A stretch of DNA of 64,000 bases from Tepidisphaera sp. (GTDB lineage Bacteria; Planctomycetota; Phycisphaerae; Phycisphaerales; UBA1924). The position numbers and the translations under genes were made by a program. Position 1 is the stretch's first letter; every line of letters starts with the position of its first letter. The DNA lies in contig CP051526.1 in assembly GCA_050916045.1 (NCBI GenBank), positions 768,001 through 832,000 of the forward strand, in the 5' to 3' direction. Positions 54,017 through 64,000 of the stretch are shown here, one piece after another. Below the pieces are notes generated by a model. It had not been told where the DNA came from and ran no database searches. It saw nothing but the letters and a program-made list of their open reading frames with translations.

Positions 54017-55252
54017 ATGCTGACCAACATGATCTCGGGTATCAAGACCGTGAGCTTCGCCGGCCTCCTCGGCGTGGTCGCCCTCGCTGGCGCCGCCCTC
54101 ACCGGCTGTGACAACAAGACCCCCGGCAAGGGCGGTGGGAGTGGTGGGGGAGGCTCCGGAGCCGCCGCCGTCAGCAACACCAACGACACGGGCACCGGCG
54201 ATATCGTGATCGGCCATTACGCCTCGCTGACCGGGTCCGAAGCCACCTTCGGCGTCTCCACCGAGAACGGCATCCAGCTCGCCGTCGAGGAAATCAACGC
54301 CGCTGGCGGTATCAAGGGCCGCAAGCTCAAGCTGATCACCTACGACAACCAGGGCAAGCCGCAGGAGTCCGTCTCCACCGTCACCCGCCTCATCGATCAA
54401 GACAAGGTTGTCGCCGTCCTCGGCGAAGTCGCGAGCAGCCGCTCCCTCGCCGGCGCCCCGGTCTGCCAGCGCAAGGGCGTCCCCATGATCACGCCCTCTT
54501 CGACCAACCCCGACGTGACCGCCGTCGGAAGCATGATCTCCCGTGTCTGCTTCATCGACCCCTTCCAGGGCAAGGTCGGCGCCAAATTCGCCTTTGAGAA
54601 CCTCAAGAAGACCAAAGCCGCGGTGCTCTACAACCGCGCCCAAGCCTACTCCACCGGCCTCAACTCCAACTTCAAGGACGCTTTCAAAGCCCTCGGCGGC
54701 GAGATCGTCGCTGAGCAGGCTTACGGCGACGGCGACAACGACTTCTCCGCCCAGCTCACCGCCATCCGCGAAAAGAACGCCGACTTCATCTACGTTCCCG
54801 GGTACTACACCGAGGTCGTGAACATCGCCAAGCAGGCCAAGAAGCTCGGCATCAACGTCCCCCTCATCGGCGGCGACGGCTGGGACTCGGAAGAGCTCAA
54901 GAACGCGGGCGATGCTCTGAACGGCTGCTACTTCTCGAACCACTACAGCCATGAGGACACCCGCCCCGAGGTGCAGGAGTTCGTCAAGAAGTACCAGGCC
55001 AAGTTCGGCAAGGTCCCGGACGGCCTCGCGGCGCTCGGCTACGACTCCGCCCGTCTGCTCGCGGACGCCATGAACCGCGCCGAGAAGCTCCACGGCAAGG
55101 AGCTCGCCGCCGCGATCGCCGCGACCAAGGACTTCCAGGCCGTCACCGGGAAGATCACCATCGACGAGCGCCGAGACGCCAAGAAGGACGCCGTCATGCT
55201 CGAGATCGTCAATGGTCAGCCGAAGTACGCCGCCACCATCAAAGCCGACTGA
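54017..55252 (+). CDS. livK: branched-chain amino acid ABC transporter substrate-binding lipoprotein
   Basis: LTGC lipobox, EINAAGGIKGR, RVCFIDPFQG, GGDGWDS. Confidence 0.9.
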   Translation: MLTNMISGIKTVSFAGLLGVVALAGAALTGCDNKTPGKGGGSGGGGSGAAAVSNTNDTGTGDIVIGHYASLTGSEATFGVSTENGIQLAVEEINAAGGIKGRKLKLITYDNQGKPQESVSTVTRLIDQDKVVAVLGEVASSRSLAGAPVCQRKGVPMITPSSTNPDVTAVGSMISRVCFIDPFQGKVGAKFAFENLKKTKAAVLYNRAQAYSTGLNSNFKDAFKALGGEIVAEQAYGDGDNDFSAQLTAIREKNADFIYVPGYYTEVVNIAKQAKKLGINVPLIGGDGWDSEELKNAGDALNGCYFSNHYSHEDTRPEVQEFVKKYQAKFGKVPDGLAALGYDSARLLADAMNRAEKLHGKELAAAIAATKDFQAVTGKITIDERRDAKKDAVMLEIVNGQPKYAATIKAD

Positions 55253-55294
55253 ACGGCCGTCTGAATCTCTGTTCCCTCGGGCCGTGCACTTCGA

Positions 55295-56245
55295 ATGACG
55301 CAGCTTCTCCAAACCCTGCTGGATGGTGTGACCGTCGGTTGCCTCTACGCGCTCATCGCGCTGGGCTACACCATGGTCTACGGCATCCTCAAGTTCATCA
55401 ACTTCGCCCACTCCGACATCTTCGCTCTGGGTGTCTGGATGTCCGTCACCATCGGCGGATGGATGATCGGGAAAGCCTCCGGCGGCACCATCCCCCCCTG
55501 GTACGTCGGCCTCACCGTCGTGATCGCCGCCACCTGCTTCTGCGGCTTCGTCGGGTTCACCATTGAGCGCCTGGCTTACAAGCCCCTCCGTAAAGCCCCG
55601 CGCCTCAACGTCCTCATCACCGCCATCGGCGTCTCCCTCCTCCTTCAGAACATCGGGCAGCTCAATTCCCGGTTCACCTTCGGCCCCTACCCCAAGCCCT
55701 TCCCGACGCTCCTTGAGAACAAGACCCTCCTGACCATCGGCGACGCCGTCACCGGCGTCCAGATCCGCCTGGCCGACGTCGCGGTCATCGGCACCGCCGT
55801 GATGCTCATGGCCGCGATGCAGTACCTGATCTTCCGCACCAAGCTCGGCTCGGCCATGCGGGCGGTCAGCTTCAACACCCGCAACGCCGCCCTCATGGGC
55901 ATCAACGTCGACCGCGTGATCTCGATCACGTTCGTCCTGGGCTCCATGCTCGCCGCCGCCGCGGGCTTCCTCTACGGCCTCAAGTACGAGGGCCAGATGA
56001 AGCAGACCGCCGACAGCATGTGGGTCATGCTCGGCCTGAAAGCCTTCGTCGCCGCCGTCGTCGGCGGCATCGGCAACGTCCGCGGAGCCGTCCTCGGCGG
56101 CCTTCTCATCGGCCTCATCGAGTTCTTCGGCGTCGCGTACCTCAAGAGCGAGTTCCGCGACGCCTACGTCTTCGCCATCCTCATCCTCGTCCTGCTGCTT
56201 CGCCCCGAGGGCGTCCTGGGCAAAGCCACCGTGGAGAAGGTCTGA
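55295..56245 (+). CDS. livH: branched-chain amino acid ABC transporter permease
   Basis: YALIALGYTMVYG..INFAH, KAFVAAVVGGIG. Confidence 0.95.
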   Translation: MTQLLQTLLDGVTVGCLYALIALGYTMVYGILKFINFAHSDIFALGVWMSVTIGGWMIGKASGGTIPPWYVGLTVVIAATCFCGFVGFTIERLAYKPLRKAPRLNVLITAIGVSLLLQNIGQLNSRFTFGPYPKPFPTLLENKTLLTIGDAVTGVQIRLADVAVIGTAVMLMAAMQYLIFRTKLGSAMRAVSFNTRNAALMGINVDRVISITFVLGSMLAAAAGFLYGLKYEGQMKQTADSMWVMLGLKAFVAAVVGGIGNVRGAVLGGLLIGLIEFFGVAYLKSEFRDAYVFAILILVLLLRPEGVLGKATVEKV

Positions 56246-56248
56246 CCG

Positions 56249-57432
56249 ATGTCCCGCCTCGTCGAGCAATCCCTCAAGCTCAAGCCGCCGGCATGGACGG
56301 GCATCGTCCGCGCCCTCTGGCCCTTCCTGCTCGCGCTGGTCGTCGGCCTGGTCGTCCACGCCGTCGCCCCGCACCTTCTCGGCGGCCTGGGCCGACGCCT
56401 GGCTCTCCTTTCGGGTATCAACATCATCCTCGCCGTCAGCCTCACCGTCGTCAATGGCTTCACCGGCCAGTTCTCGATGGGCCACGCGGGCTTCATGTCC
56501 CTCGGCGGGTACGCCGCCGCGACGATGACCTACTACGGCTCGATCAAGCTCTTCGGCTCGGCCGAATTCGCCGGCGGGTACATCAGCTTCACCGGCGACG
56601 GAGCCTTTGACGGCCCGATGGTCGCTCGCGGCGACCTTCTCTTCGTCGGTTCCTGCCTCGTCGGCGGCCTCTTCGCCGCCGCCGCCGGGTACATCGTCGG
56701 CCTGCCAAGCCTCCGCCTCCGCGGCGACTACCTCGCCATCGTCACCCTCGGCTTCGGCGAGATCCTCCGCGTCATCGTCCAAAGCTCGCAGGACCAGATC
56801 CAGCCTTGGAAAGCCGCCGAAGCCCAGAACGAATCCTTCCTCGCCCTCCTCTGGAAACTCGGCGGAGCCAAAGGCTTCAACCTCCTCCCCTCCTACACGA
56901 CCCTCTTCTGGGTCTACACCTTCGTCGTCATCACCCTCATCGTCTGCTACCGCCTCAAGACAAGCTCCTCCGGCCGGGCTTTCCTCTCCATCCGCGAGGA
57001 CGAGATCGCAAGCCAGGCCATGGGCGTCGACGTCACCAAGTACAAGGTCCGCGCCTTCGTCCTCTCCAGCTTCTTCGCCGGTCTCGCCGGCGGCCTCTAC
57101 GCGATGGACCTCACCGCCATCAACGCCGGCGACCTGGGCTTCCAGAAGTCCTTCGACATCATCATCATGGTCGTCCTGGGCGGCATGGGCTCGATTTCCG
57201 GAGCCGCTCTCGCCGCCGTCGTCATGACCCTCCTCCCCGAGTTCCTGCGAAGCCTCTGGCAGCCGCTCCAGGAGTTCCGCCTCATCATCTTCGCCTTCCT
57301 CCTCATCCTCATGATGATCCTCCGGCCCCAGGGCCTCTTCGGAGTGCATGAGATCTGGGAGATGGGCCCCTTCCGCAAGCTTCGCCGCAAGCCCTCGAGC
57401 AACACCGGTGCCCCCCCGGGCGGAGGTGCTGC

Positions 57433-57436
<4 letters not shown>
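56249..57436 (+). CDS. livM: branched-chain amino acid ABC transporter permease
   Basis: GQFSMGHAGF, LRLRGDYLAIVTLGFGEI, VLGGMGS. Confidence 0.95.
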
Positions 57437-58220
<784 letters not shown>

Positions 58221-58224
<4 letters not shown>

Positions 58225-58937
58225 GCATGCTGACCGTCAAAGACCTCCATGTCTCCTACGGGGCCGTCAAAGCCCTCCACGGCGTCTCGCTCACCGTCAA
58301 CCAGGGCGAGATCGTCACGCTCATCGGCTGCAACGGCGCCGGCAAATCCACCACGCTCCGCGCCGTCTCCGGCCTCCTCTCGCCCAAGAGCGGCTCCGTC
58401 GAGTTTGAGGGCAAGACGATCAACCGCACCGCCCCGCACGACATCGTCTCCCTGGGCATGGTCCACTGCCCCGAGGGCCGCGGCATCTTCGCGAACATGA
58501 CCGTCGCGGAAAACCTCGAGCTCGGAGCTTTCACCCGAAGCGACAAAGCCGGGATCGACAAGGACCGCGAGTGGGCTCTTTCCCTCTTCCCCCGCGTCCG
58601 CGAACGCCTCCACCAGAACGCCGGCACCCTCTCGGGCGGCGAGCAGCAGATGCTCGCGATCGCCCGCGCCCTGCTCGCCAAGCCCAAGCTGCTCCTGCTC
58701 GACGAGCCCTCGCTGGGCCTTGCCCCGCAGATCGTGCAGGTCATCTTCAAGATCATCCGCGACATCAACGCCGCGGGCACGACGATCCTCCTGGTCGAAC
58801 AGAACGCCCACATGGCCCTCAAGGTCGCCCACCGCGCCTACGTCCTCGAGGTCGGCAAGATCGCGATGGAAGGCAAAGCCTCCGACCTCGCCGCCTCCGA
58901 CGAAGTCCGCAAGGCCTACCTCGGCGGGCACGGCTGA
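58221..58937 (+). CDS. livF: branched-chain amino acid ABC transporter ATPase
   Basis: GCNGAGKST, LSGGEQQM, DEPSLGLAP, VEQN. Confidence 0.95.
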
Positions 58938-58962
58938 AGACACCAGACATTCAATAAGACAT

Positions 58963-59075
58963 TCACCACAGAGACACAGAGACACAGAGACACTGAGCGA
59001 GCGCGGAGGGGAAGAGGGTTGAAGTGCTCTTCCCACTTCCCCGCCTTCCTCTGTGCCTCTGCGCCTCTGTGGTGA
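58963..59075. repeat. 113-bp inverted-repeat element built from 8-bp CACAGAGA-type units
   Basis: tcaccacagagacacagagacacagag ... ctctgtgcctctgcgcctctgtggtga with a nested ggaagag/ctcttcc stem. Confidence 0.8.
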
Positions 59076-59084
59076 GTCCTGCCT

Positions 59085-59795
59085 TTACGCCGCGTTCTTG
59101 ACCGGCACCGGCCCTGCGCCGGTGAACGCCGATGTGATCGCGATACTTCCACCCCCGCCGATGCCGAACTGCACCGTCATCGGGAGCGAGGCGGGGCCGA
59201 CGAGGTCGGCGCGCTGGGCCTGCACGACGTACACGACCCCCACGCCCCCCGCGGATGAAGGAACCGTGTCGTCGGTGAATTCGCGGACGCCGATCGTGCC
59301 AAGGTCCGTCGCGGGCCCCTCGACGCCGCCGATGCGGCGGTAGACGTGGTAGACGGTGCCGGTCGAGCCGGGCGGGTTCTGGCACTTCCACTTGAGCGTG
59401 ATCGACCCGCCGGGGTTGAGGCTGACCTTGAAATCCGTCGGCTGCCCCGGCGCGGGGCGGGGCGAGGGGGTCGCGGGCGGGGGGATCTGCGCGATCGCGT
59501 AGACGGCGCTGGGGTTCGCGCTCGCCTCGGCGAACGCCTTGATGGAGCGGATCATGTCGGCGGCGCTGGTGCGCATCGCGGCGACGGCCCCGCTCTGGTT
59601 GATCGTCGCGGACTTGGCGGCGTTGGCCGCGTTCTCGCGGGCGACGTACGCGGTGTCCGCCGACGCCGCGGCCGCCTTGAAAGCCGTGGCTTGTCCGGCA
59701 GAGAGTCCGATAAGAGCTGCGTTGGCCTGCCAGACATTGCCTCGGACCAGGCAGAAGTCAATCGCGTCGCGGATGCGGTCGGGCATGATGGTCAT
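59085..59795 (-). CDS. hypothetical protein: N-terminal Ala-rich helical domain plus fibronectin type III-like domain
   Basis: AAGGAG RBS; PGQPTDF..ITLKWK..VYHVYRR..FTDDTV..YVVQAQR FN3 pattern; no signal peptide. Confidence 0.8.
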   Translation of the reverse strand: MTIMPDRIRDAIDFCLVRGNVWQANAALIGLSAGQATAFKAAAASADTAYVARENAANAAKSATINQSGAVAAMRTSAADMIRSIKAFAEASANPSAVYAIAQIPPPATPSPRPAPGQPTDFKVSLNPGGSITLKWKCQNPPGSTGTVYHVYRRIGGVEGPATDLGTIGVREFTDDTVPSSAGGVGVVYVVQAQRADLVGPASLPMTVQFGIGGGGSIAITSAFTGAGPVPVKNAA

Positions 59796-59814
59796 CGGGG
59801 GCTCCTTGGTGAGA

Positions 59815-59843
59815 GGCATCAGGCATCGGGCATCAGGGCATCG
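59815..59843. repeat. heptamer repeat GGCATC(A/G) x4
   Basis: ggcatca ggcatcg ggcatca g ggcatcg, just upstream of the RBS of the FN3-like gene. Confidence 0.75.
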
Positions 59844-59960
59844 GCCCGGCGCCTGTTCAGGGATCGGAACGCCCTCGGCGCGACTTGAGCGGTTGTGACG
59901 ATTTTTCCGCGTGTGGTCTTTGCCCCGCGTGGGCGGCGTGGAGCGGCTTTGGAGGCTCCT

Positions 59961-60170
59961 CCGGTCGCACCTCGCAGAGCGCCGGTCGCAACCCGCAGCG
60001 TTCCGGTCGCGACCCAAGCACTCGCGGTCGCGACCCGGAGCCCGCTGGTCGCCACCCGAAGCCCTCCGGTCGCCACCCGAAGAGCGCCGGTCGCGACCCG
60101 AGGTCTTCAGGTCGCAACCGCAGGAGCGCCGGTCGTGACCTGAGGTCTTCCGGTCGCGACCAAAGGTGCC
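59961..60170. repeat. 10 x 21-bp degenerate tandem array with palindromic core GGTCGCGACC
   Basis: Units start at 59961, 59982, 60003, 60024, 60045, 60066, 60087, 60108, 60129, 60150; GGTCG invariant, last 9 nt variable. Confidence 0.92.
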
Positions 60171-60236
60171 GCTTGCTTGCGGTCGGTGGGCGCGATGATC
60201 GGGCAATCCAATCGAAGCACCCTAGACTGCGCCAAC

Positions 60237-60725
60237 ATGGCTTTTCCAAAATCCAGAGACCACGTCGCAGAGTTAGTCCGACGGCTGCAGCGCAATCAGG
60301 CTTGGATGCTGCAACGACTGTCGTCCAATCCGTCGGATGCGAAGGGTCCTCCGTATGAGTTCAGCCACACGCTGTCGGTTATGCTCCTAATGCTCACCCT
60401 GACCGAGTGTCGTCGCCAGCCGAACCCCAAGCAGCCCCGATATCCGATTGAAAGAGCAGTCGAGGAAGGATGGCCTTCCATTTCGCGAACTTACCAGCAA
60501 GGCAATCTGACCAGTTCGTTTACCTGCTGGTTTGATCAAGTGAACCAAATCCGTCATGCCTTAGCACATGGCAACGTAGCGCTCTTGGGGAAAGACGAAA
60601 TCGAAGCAGTTGAGCTGTGGACGACTCGAAGCAAGAGGTGGCATGCGACGGTTTCGTCTATGGAACTCGAGCGAATGGTCGAGTTTCTATCGAAGCACCT
60701 TACCCCCCAACGCGAACGACGCTGA
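60237..60725 (+). CDS. HEPN-domain protein, putative RNase
   Basis: NQIRHALAHGNV (Rx4H) in a helical context; lower GC than flanks. Confidence 0.75.
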   Translation: MAFPKSRDHVAELVRRLQRNQAWMLQRLSSNPSDAKGPPYEFSHTLSVMLLMLTLTECRRQPNPKQPRYPIERAVEEGWPSISRTYQQGNLTSSFTCWFDQVNQIRHALAHGNVALLGKDEIEAVELWTTRSKRWHATVSSMELERMVEFLSKHLTPQRERR

Positions 60726-60742
60726 GTATACTTCCGGAATCA

Positions 60743-61114
60743 ATGCTCAATTTTCTCATCGGTATCGGTGCCGCAGTCGGACTCATCGTCGGAGGGATCG
60801 TCATCTACGGTCTTCACACATGGCGACGGCGTTGGAGGATCGCGACAGAGGGCTTCAATTTCACGCCTGTGCACGATATCGCGATGAAGGAGCTTCTCCG
60901 TCGAACCGCTTGGCCCGCGATTCGAGCTGAAGAGCATATTCAGCTCATCTTCAATCTCACGGGTATGTACGTCGGAAGAAAATCATCCGAGCACTGGCGA
61001 GAGTGTATCTCGAAGAATAGGTTCGACGCGGAGTGGCGCGAATTCGCCGAGTTCTCGGCGAAGGTGTGTGCGCCCAATGGGATGATGCCTCCGGGGCAGG
61101 GGTGGCGGCAATGA
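60743..61114 (+). CDS. hypothetical single-TM protein
   Basis: MLNFLIGIGAAVGLIVGGIVIYGL then RRRWR; 17 bp after HEPN stop; lower GC. Confidence 0.65.
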   Translation: MLNFLIGIGAAVGLIVGGIVIYGLHTWRRRWRIATEGFNFTPVHDIAMKELLRRTAWPAIRAEEHIQLIFNLTGMYVGRKSSEHWRECISKNRFDAEWREFAEFSAKVCAPNGMMPPGQGWRQ

Positions 61115-61144
61115 GCGCCTTCTGACCGATTGCACGCGTGCGCG

Positions 61145-61338
61145 GAGCCACGATCATCCCGCTTCGGGATGGTCGGGGTTGGGCGCACATCGAAGGGAAG
61201 AGCCGCGACACGAGACAGACGCCGGGTGCCACCACCCGCCGCTTCGGCGCGTGGTGGTTGGGCGTGGTCGGCGCGGAGGGCCTCGCGGCTCTGTGCGACC
61301 ATCCACTGCTCATCGGAGGAACCGATGAGCAGTGCCAC
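61145..61338. repeat. cluster of three REP-like hairpins
   Basis: 61147-61175 (copy of 8113-8141); 61226-61257 gtg-ccaccacccgcc-gcttc-ggcgcgtggtgg; 61304-61338 cactgctcatcgg-aggaa-ccgatgagcagtg-ccac. Confidence 0.8.
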
Positions 61339-61345
61339 GGCCAGA

Positions 61346-61425
61346 TCCCCTCCCCCATCCCCCATCCCCCATCCCCCACCCGCCCCCATCCGCCCCTCTC
61401 TCACCCCTCTCTCACTCCTCTCTCG
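61346..61425. repeat. pyrimidine-rich tract with CCCCATC heptamers and CTCTCTCA units
   Basis: Direct reading of the sequence. Confidence 0.7.
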
Positions 61426-61480
61426 CCCCGATCCGGCCCAATCCTGCTACCCTGTCTCTCTCCCAGACAGGAGCTGAAAG

Positions 61481-63523
61481 TTGAGCGGTCCGCTGCCACA
61501 GTTTGTCTTCGGCGACCTTCCGGCGAGCCTGACCGCCGGGTATCGGTGCATCCCCCTCACGCCCGAGCAGCAGGGCGGCGTCGCCCGCCTCTGCGCCATC
61601 GTGCAGGATGCCAAGGATGGCCGCTCATCCCTCATCGTGCTCCGTGAGCTGCTCGACGCCCGCATCATCCTCGGAGCCATCGCCGACGCCGCCGGCCGCA
61701 TCCACGACTTCGTCGAGATCTGGTCGCAGGACACCCGGCACCTGGCTTCCGCCCTCCCGACCTACCGCCAGAACCTCAGCAACCGCCTGCTCGATGACCG
61801 CTGGCGCGCCCGGGCCACAGCCCTCGATGATGCCGCCGGCGCGGGACGGTTCTCAACCGGCTGGGAGGATGCCCACCCCGAGCCGATCTTCCTCGACCTC
61901 AAGAAGGGTGTCCCCGTCCGGGCCGTCGAGAAATCAAGCGGATCCCCTTGGGCCCTCTGCGAGGATGATGAGTTCCTCAAGCGCAAGGGCAAAGAGCCGT
62001 ACTCGACCTCGCTCTCGCGATACCTCTACGCCCCCATGCAGGGTGAGCGTTCTCCGCTCGTCGCCATCGCCGGCCCCGAAGCCGCCGATGAGTCTGCGAT
62101 CATCGCGAATCTCGGCCTCACTCCGGGCACCGTCCCCATCTCCCTCGGCGGCCTCATGATGGTCCTGCCGCTGGCTCCCCTCTCGTACGAGCAGTTCGTC
62201 GATGCCTTGGGCGGCGCGGGCGGTGAGGGTTCGGTCGAGAGCATGCTCCGCGAGCGGGCCGCGCGAGCCGCCGTCAACGGCGAGGTCGGGCGGGCCACCT
62301 CCGTCCTGGCTTCCGGCGCGGGCTGGCTCGGTGCATCCTCCGCGAGCCCCGGCCGCAGGCTCCCCGAGGTGCTCCATCTCAAGCTCCGCCTGCTCGCCGA
62401 AGCCGTCGGCATCGCGCGGGCCCTGAGCGAGGACGGCCCCCTGCTCAACGTCTCCGCCGACAGCTTCCGCGTCCACCTCGCCCGCGGCGGGAGCGCCGCC
62501 GCCGGCCTGCCGATGTGGTGGACCGCCCGCGTCGGCCTGGCTTCCCCCGGCGAAGCCATCCCGCTCAAGATCCCCGGCTCGGACACGCCGTACTTCCTCG
62601 CCGGGAGCGACCGCCTCTCGATCTACTCCGCCGCGACGCTCGGCGCCTCCACGCAGGGCCGCGGCGTGATCCGCATCCGCCGCGTCGTCGATGCTTCGAT
62701 GGGCTCCTCCGGCGGCACCCCGCCCGATCGCGCCGGCCTGGCGTTCGGCACGATGTTCGAGTGCACGCTCACGACCCATGAGCGGCTCAGCGTCGGGGCC
62801 AACGACCTCGTCTGGCTCCGGTTCACCATCGGCGGCACCCGCGTCGACACCTACGCCCTCGCGGACGCCAAAGCCGGCGGCGGGGGAGGAGGCGAGCTGC
62901 GTCTTCGCACGCTCGCGCAAGAACTGCCGCCCGGCGTCGCCGAACGCCTCACCCAGGGTGCCGGCGTCCCGATCCCCGACGCGATGTTCGAGGTCCTGCC
63001 GCTCCTTTCGACGCCCAGCGACCTCTATTCGCTCGGTGTGCTCGCCGTGCGCACGCTTCTGGTCAATGACGGCACCTCGCTCCCCGTGGCCCTCGACGAA
63101 GCCATGAGCCTCGCCAACGCCCTGGCTTCCGAGAAGCCCGCCGACGGTGTTTCGGACCCCGTCCAAGCCGCTTCCGCCGCGCTCGGCCGCCTGCTCGCGA
63201 CGCAGAAGCGGTACCTGGATGCTCTGGGCTGCCAGCGTCTGGTCAGCGAGAAGGTCGACCCCGCGATCGCCGCCGCCATGATCCCGGCCGCGCTGTGGCA
63301 CGAGGTCCTGGCGGTGGTGCTCCGCATGTTCCCGGCCGCCGGCTGGTTCTCGCGGTGCAAGGATTTCGGCGACGCCCCGGCCGGCGCGCCGCACCGCGTC
63401 TACGACGGCATCCTCGACAGCCTGCACGCCCTGTTGACCAAGACGCGGTCCCTGATCGTCGCCGACCAGGGCCTCTCGCGCGAGGTCCATCAGGTGGTCA
63501 AGGAACTGCTGGTCCGGGGCTGA
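61481..63523 (+). CDS. hypothetical protein with degenerate protein-kinase-like motifs
   Basis: AGGAG RBS before TTG; PLLNVSADSFRV and PSDLYSLGVLAVRTL resemble kinase subdomains VIb and IX. Confidence 0.7.
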   Translation: MSGPLPQFVFGDLPASLTAGYRCIPLTPEQQGGVARLCAIVQDAKDGRSSLIVLRELLDARIILGAIADAAGRIHDFVEIWSQDTRHLASALPTYRQNLSNRLLDDRWRARATALDDAAGAGRFSTGWEDAHPEPIFLDLKKGVPVRAVEKSSGSPWALCEDDEFLKRKGKEPYSTSLSRYLYAPMQGERSPLVAIAGPEAADESAIIANLGLTPGTVPISLGGLMMVLPLAPLSYEQFVDALGGAGGEGSVESMLRERAARAAVNGEVGRATSVLASGAGWLGASSASPGRRLPEVLHLKLRLLAEAVGIARALSEDGPLLNVSADSFRVHLARGGSAAAGLPMWWTARVGLASPGEAIPLKIPGSDTPYFLAGSDRLSIYSAATLGASTQGRGVIRIRRVVDASMGSSGGTPPDRAGLAFGTMFECTLTTHERLSVGANDLVWLRFTIGGTRVDTYALADAKAGGGGGGELRLRTLAQELPPGVAERLTQGAGVPIPDAMFEVLPLLSTPSDLYSLGVLAVRTLLVNDGTSLPVALDEAMSLANALASEKPADGVSDPVQAASAALGRLLATQKRYLDALGCQRLVSEKVDPAIAAAMIPAALWHEVLAVVLRMFPAAGWFSRCKDFGDAPAGAPHRVYDGILDSLHALLTKTRSLIVADQGLSREVHQVVKELLVRG

Positions 63524-63608
63524 TCCGCCTTTCTCGGGCGGGTCGCACGACGCAAGCCCGCTGCGGACGCTATTCTGTGGTCGGGTCGGGGGTTCAAAGG
63601 AGAGTCGG

Positions 63609-64000
63609 ATGGTGCGCTCACTCACGTTGGGTCTGGTCGTGTTTCTCGCCTGCTCGCTCCTCACCCTCGGCGGCTGCGGCGGGGTGAATGTCGTGCAGCC
63701 CGGGGTCACCATGCGGCCCGACGACACGCTCCGCGACCCGGTGACCAAGCAGATCCCCCCGACCCGGGCGCACATCGTCGGCGTCAGCGCCGACGGCAAG
63801 AAGGAGTGGGAGTCTCAGAACGTCACCGCTCACTTCATGCGCAAGCAGGACCAGCTCGCGGCCCTCAACGTCCGCGAGTTCTCGATCGAGAACGGCGAGG
63901 TCCGCCTCCCCCGCGAGGATCCGGCCTGGGCCGCTTGGAACAAGCCGATGTACCTCATCATTCTCGTCGACCTGCCGGGCAAGGGCTCCGAAGCCGGCAA
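63609..64000 (+). CDS. lipoprotein, truncated by window edge
   Basis: AAGGAG RBS, MVRSLTLGLVVFLACSLLTLGGC lipobox, frame open to the end (..MYLIILVDLPG..). Confidence 0.75.
   Translation, partial: MVRSLTLGLVVFLACSLLTLGGCGGVNVVQPGVTMRPDDTLRDPVTKQIPPTRAHIVGVSADGKKEWESQNVTAHFMRKQDQLAALNVREFSIENGEVRLPREDPAWAAWNKPMYLIILVDLPGKGSEAG

Noticed and set aside
59961..60170. CRISPR array interpretation of the 21-bp repeats
   Set aside because: Unit length is 21 bp with only about 9 variable nt, tails are repeated between units, and no cas gene is in the window.
59796..60206. N-terminal 137-aa extension of the FN3-like gene (GRDRRSS-type repeats)
   Set aside because: Nearly all frames are open across the array, conservation is at DNA-palindrome level, and a strong AAGGAG RBS precedes ATG 59795. 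Not formally excluded.

Overview
GC-rich (roughly 65-70% by eye) bacterial chromosome segment, most likely Planctomycetota, class Phycisphaerae. The basis is six secreted proteins ending in a paired DFNGDG/DFFDY dockerin-like tail closing on GC, two PEP-CTERM-like proteins, and CxxCGY..CPEC zinc-ribbon membrane proteins. Housekeeping genes include truA, holA, purM, purQ, a transaldolase/Fsa, serA, rsmD, rpsU, hppA, a liv-type ABC operon, an M16 peptidase and a UvrD-nuclease fusion. No rRNA, tRNA, CRISPR array, transposase or integrase was recognised. The most unusual features are: (1) an accessory island at about 58.95-61.45 kb with a 10 x 21-bp array of phased palindromes (GGTCGCGACC) upstream of a helical/FN3-like gene, next to a lower-GC HEPN gene and a membrane-protein gene; (2) a family of sequence-diverse hairpins with a GTGC-type foot that cluster around accessory genes at three sites; (3) a small protein with a duplicated MGGSK(S/R)GII motif coupled to a fatty-acid hydroxylase/desaturase; (4) two surface-protein genes broken by homopolymer frameshifts; (5) a kinase-like protein and a lipoprotein at the right edge that may begin a secretion-system locus. 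All family assignments come from motif recognition by eye; no database searches were run.
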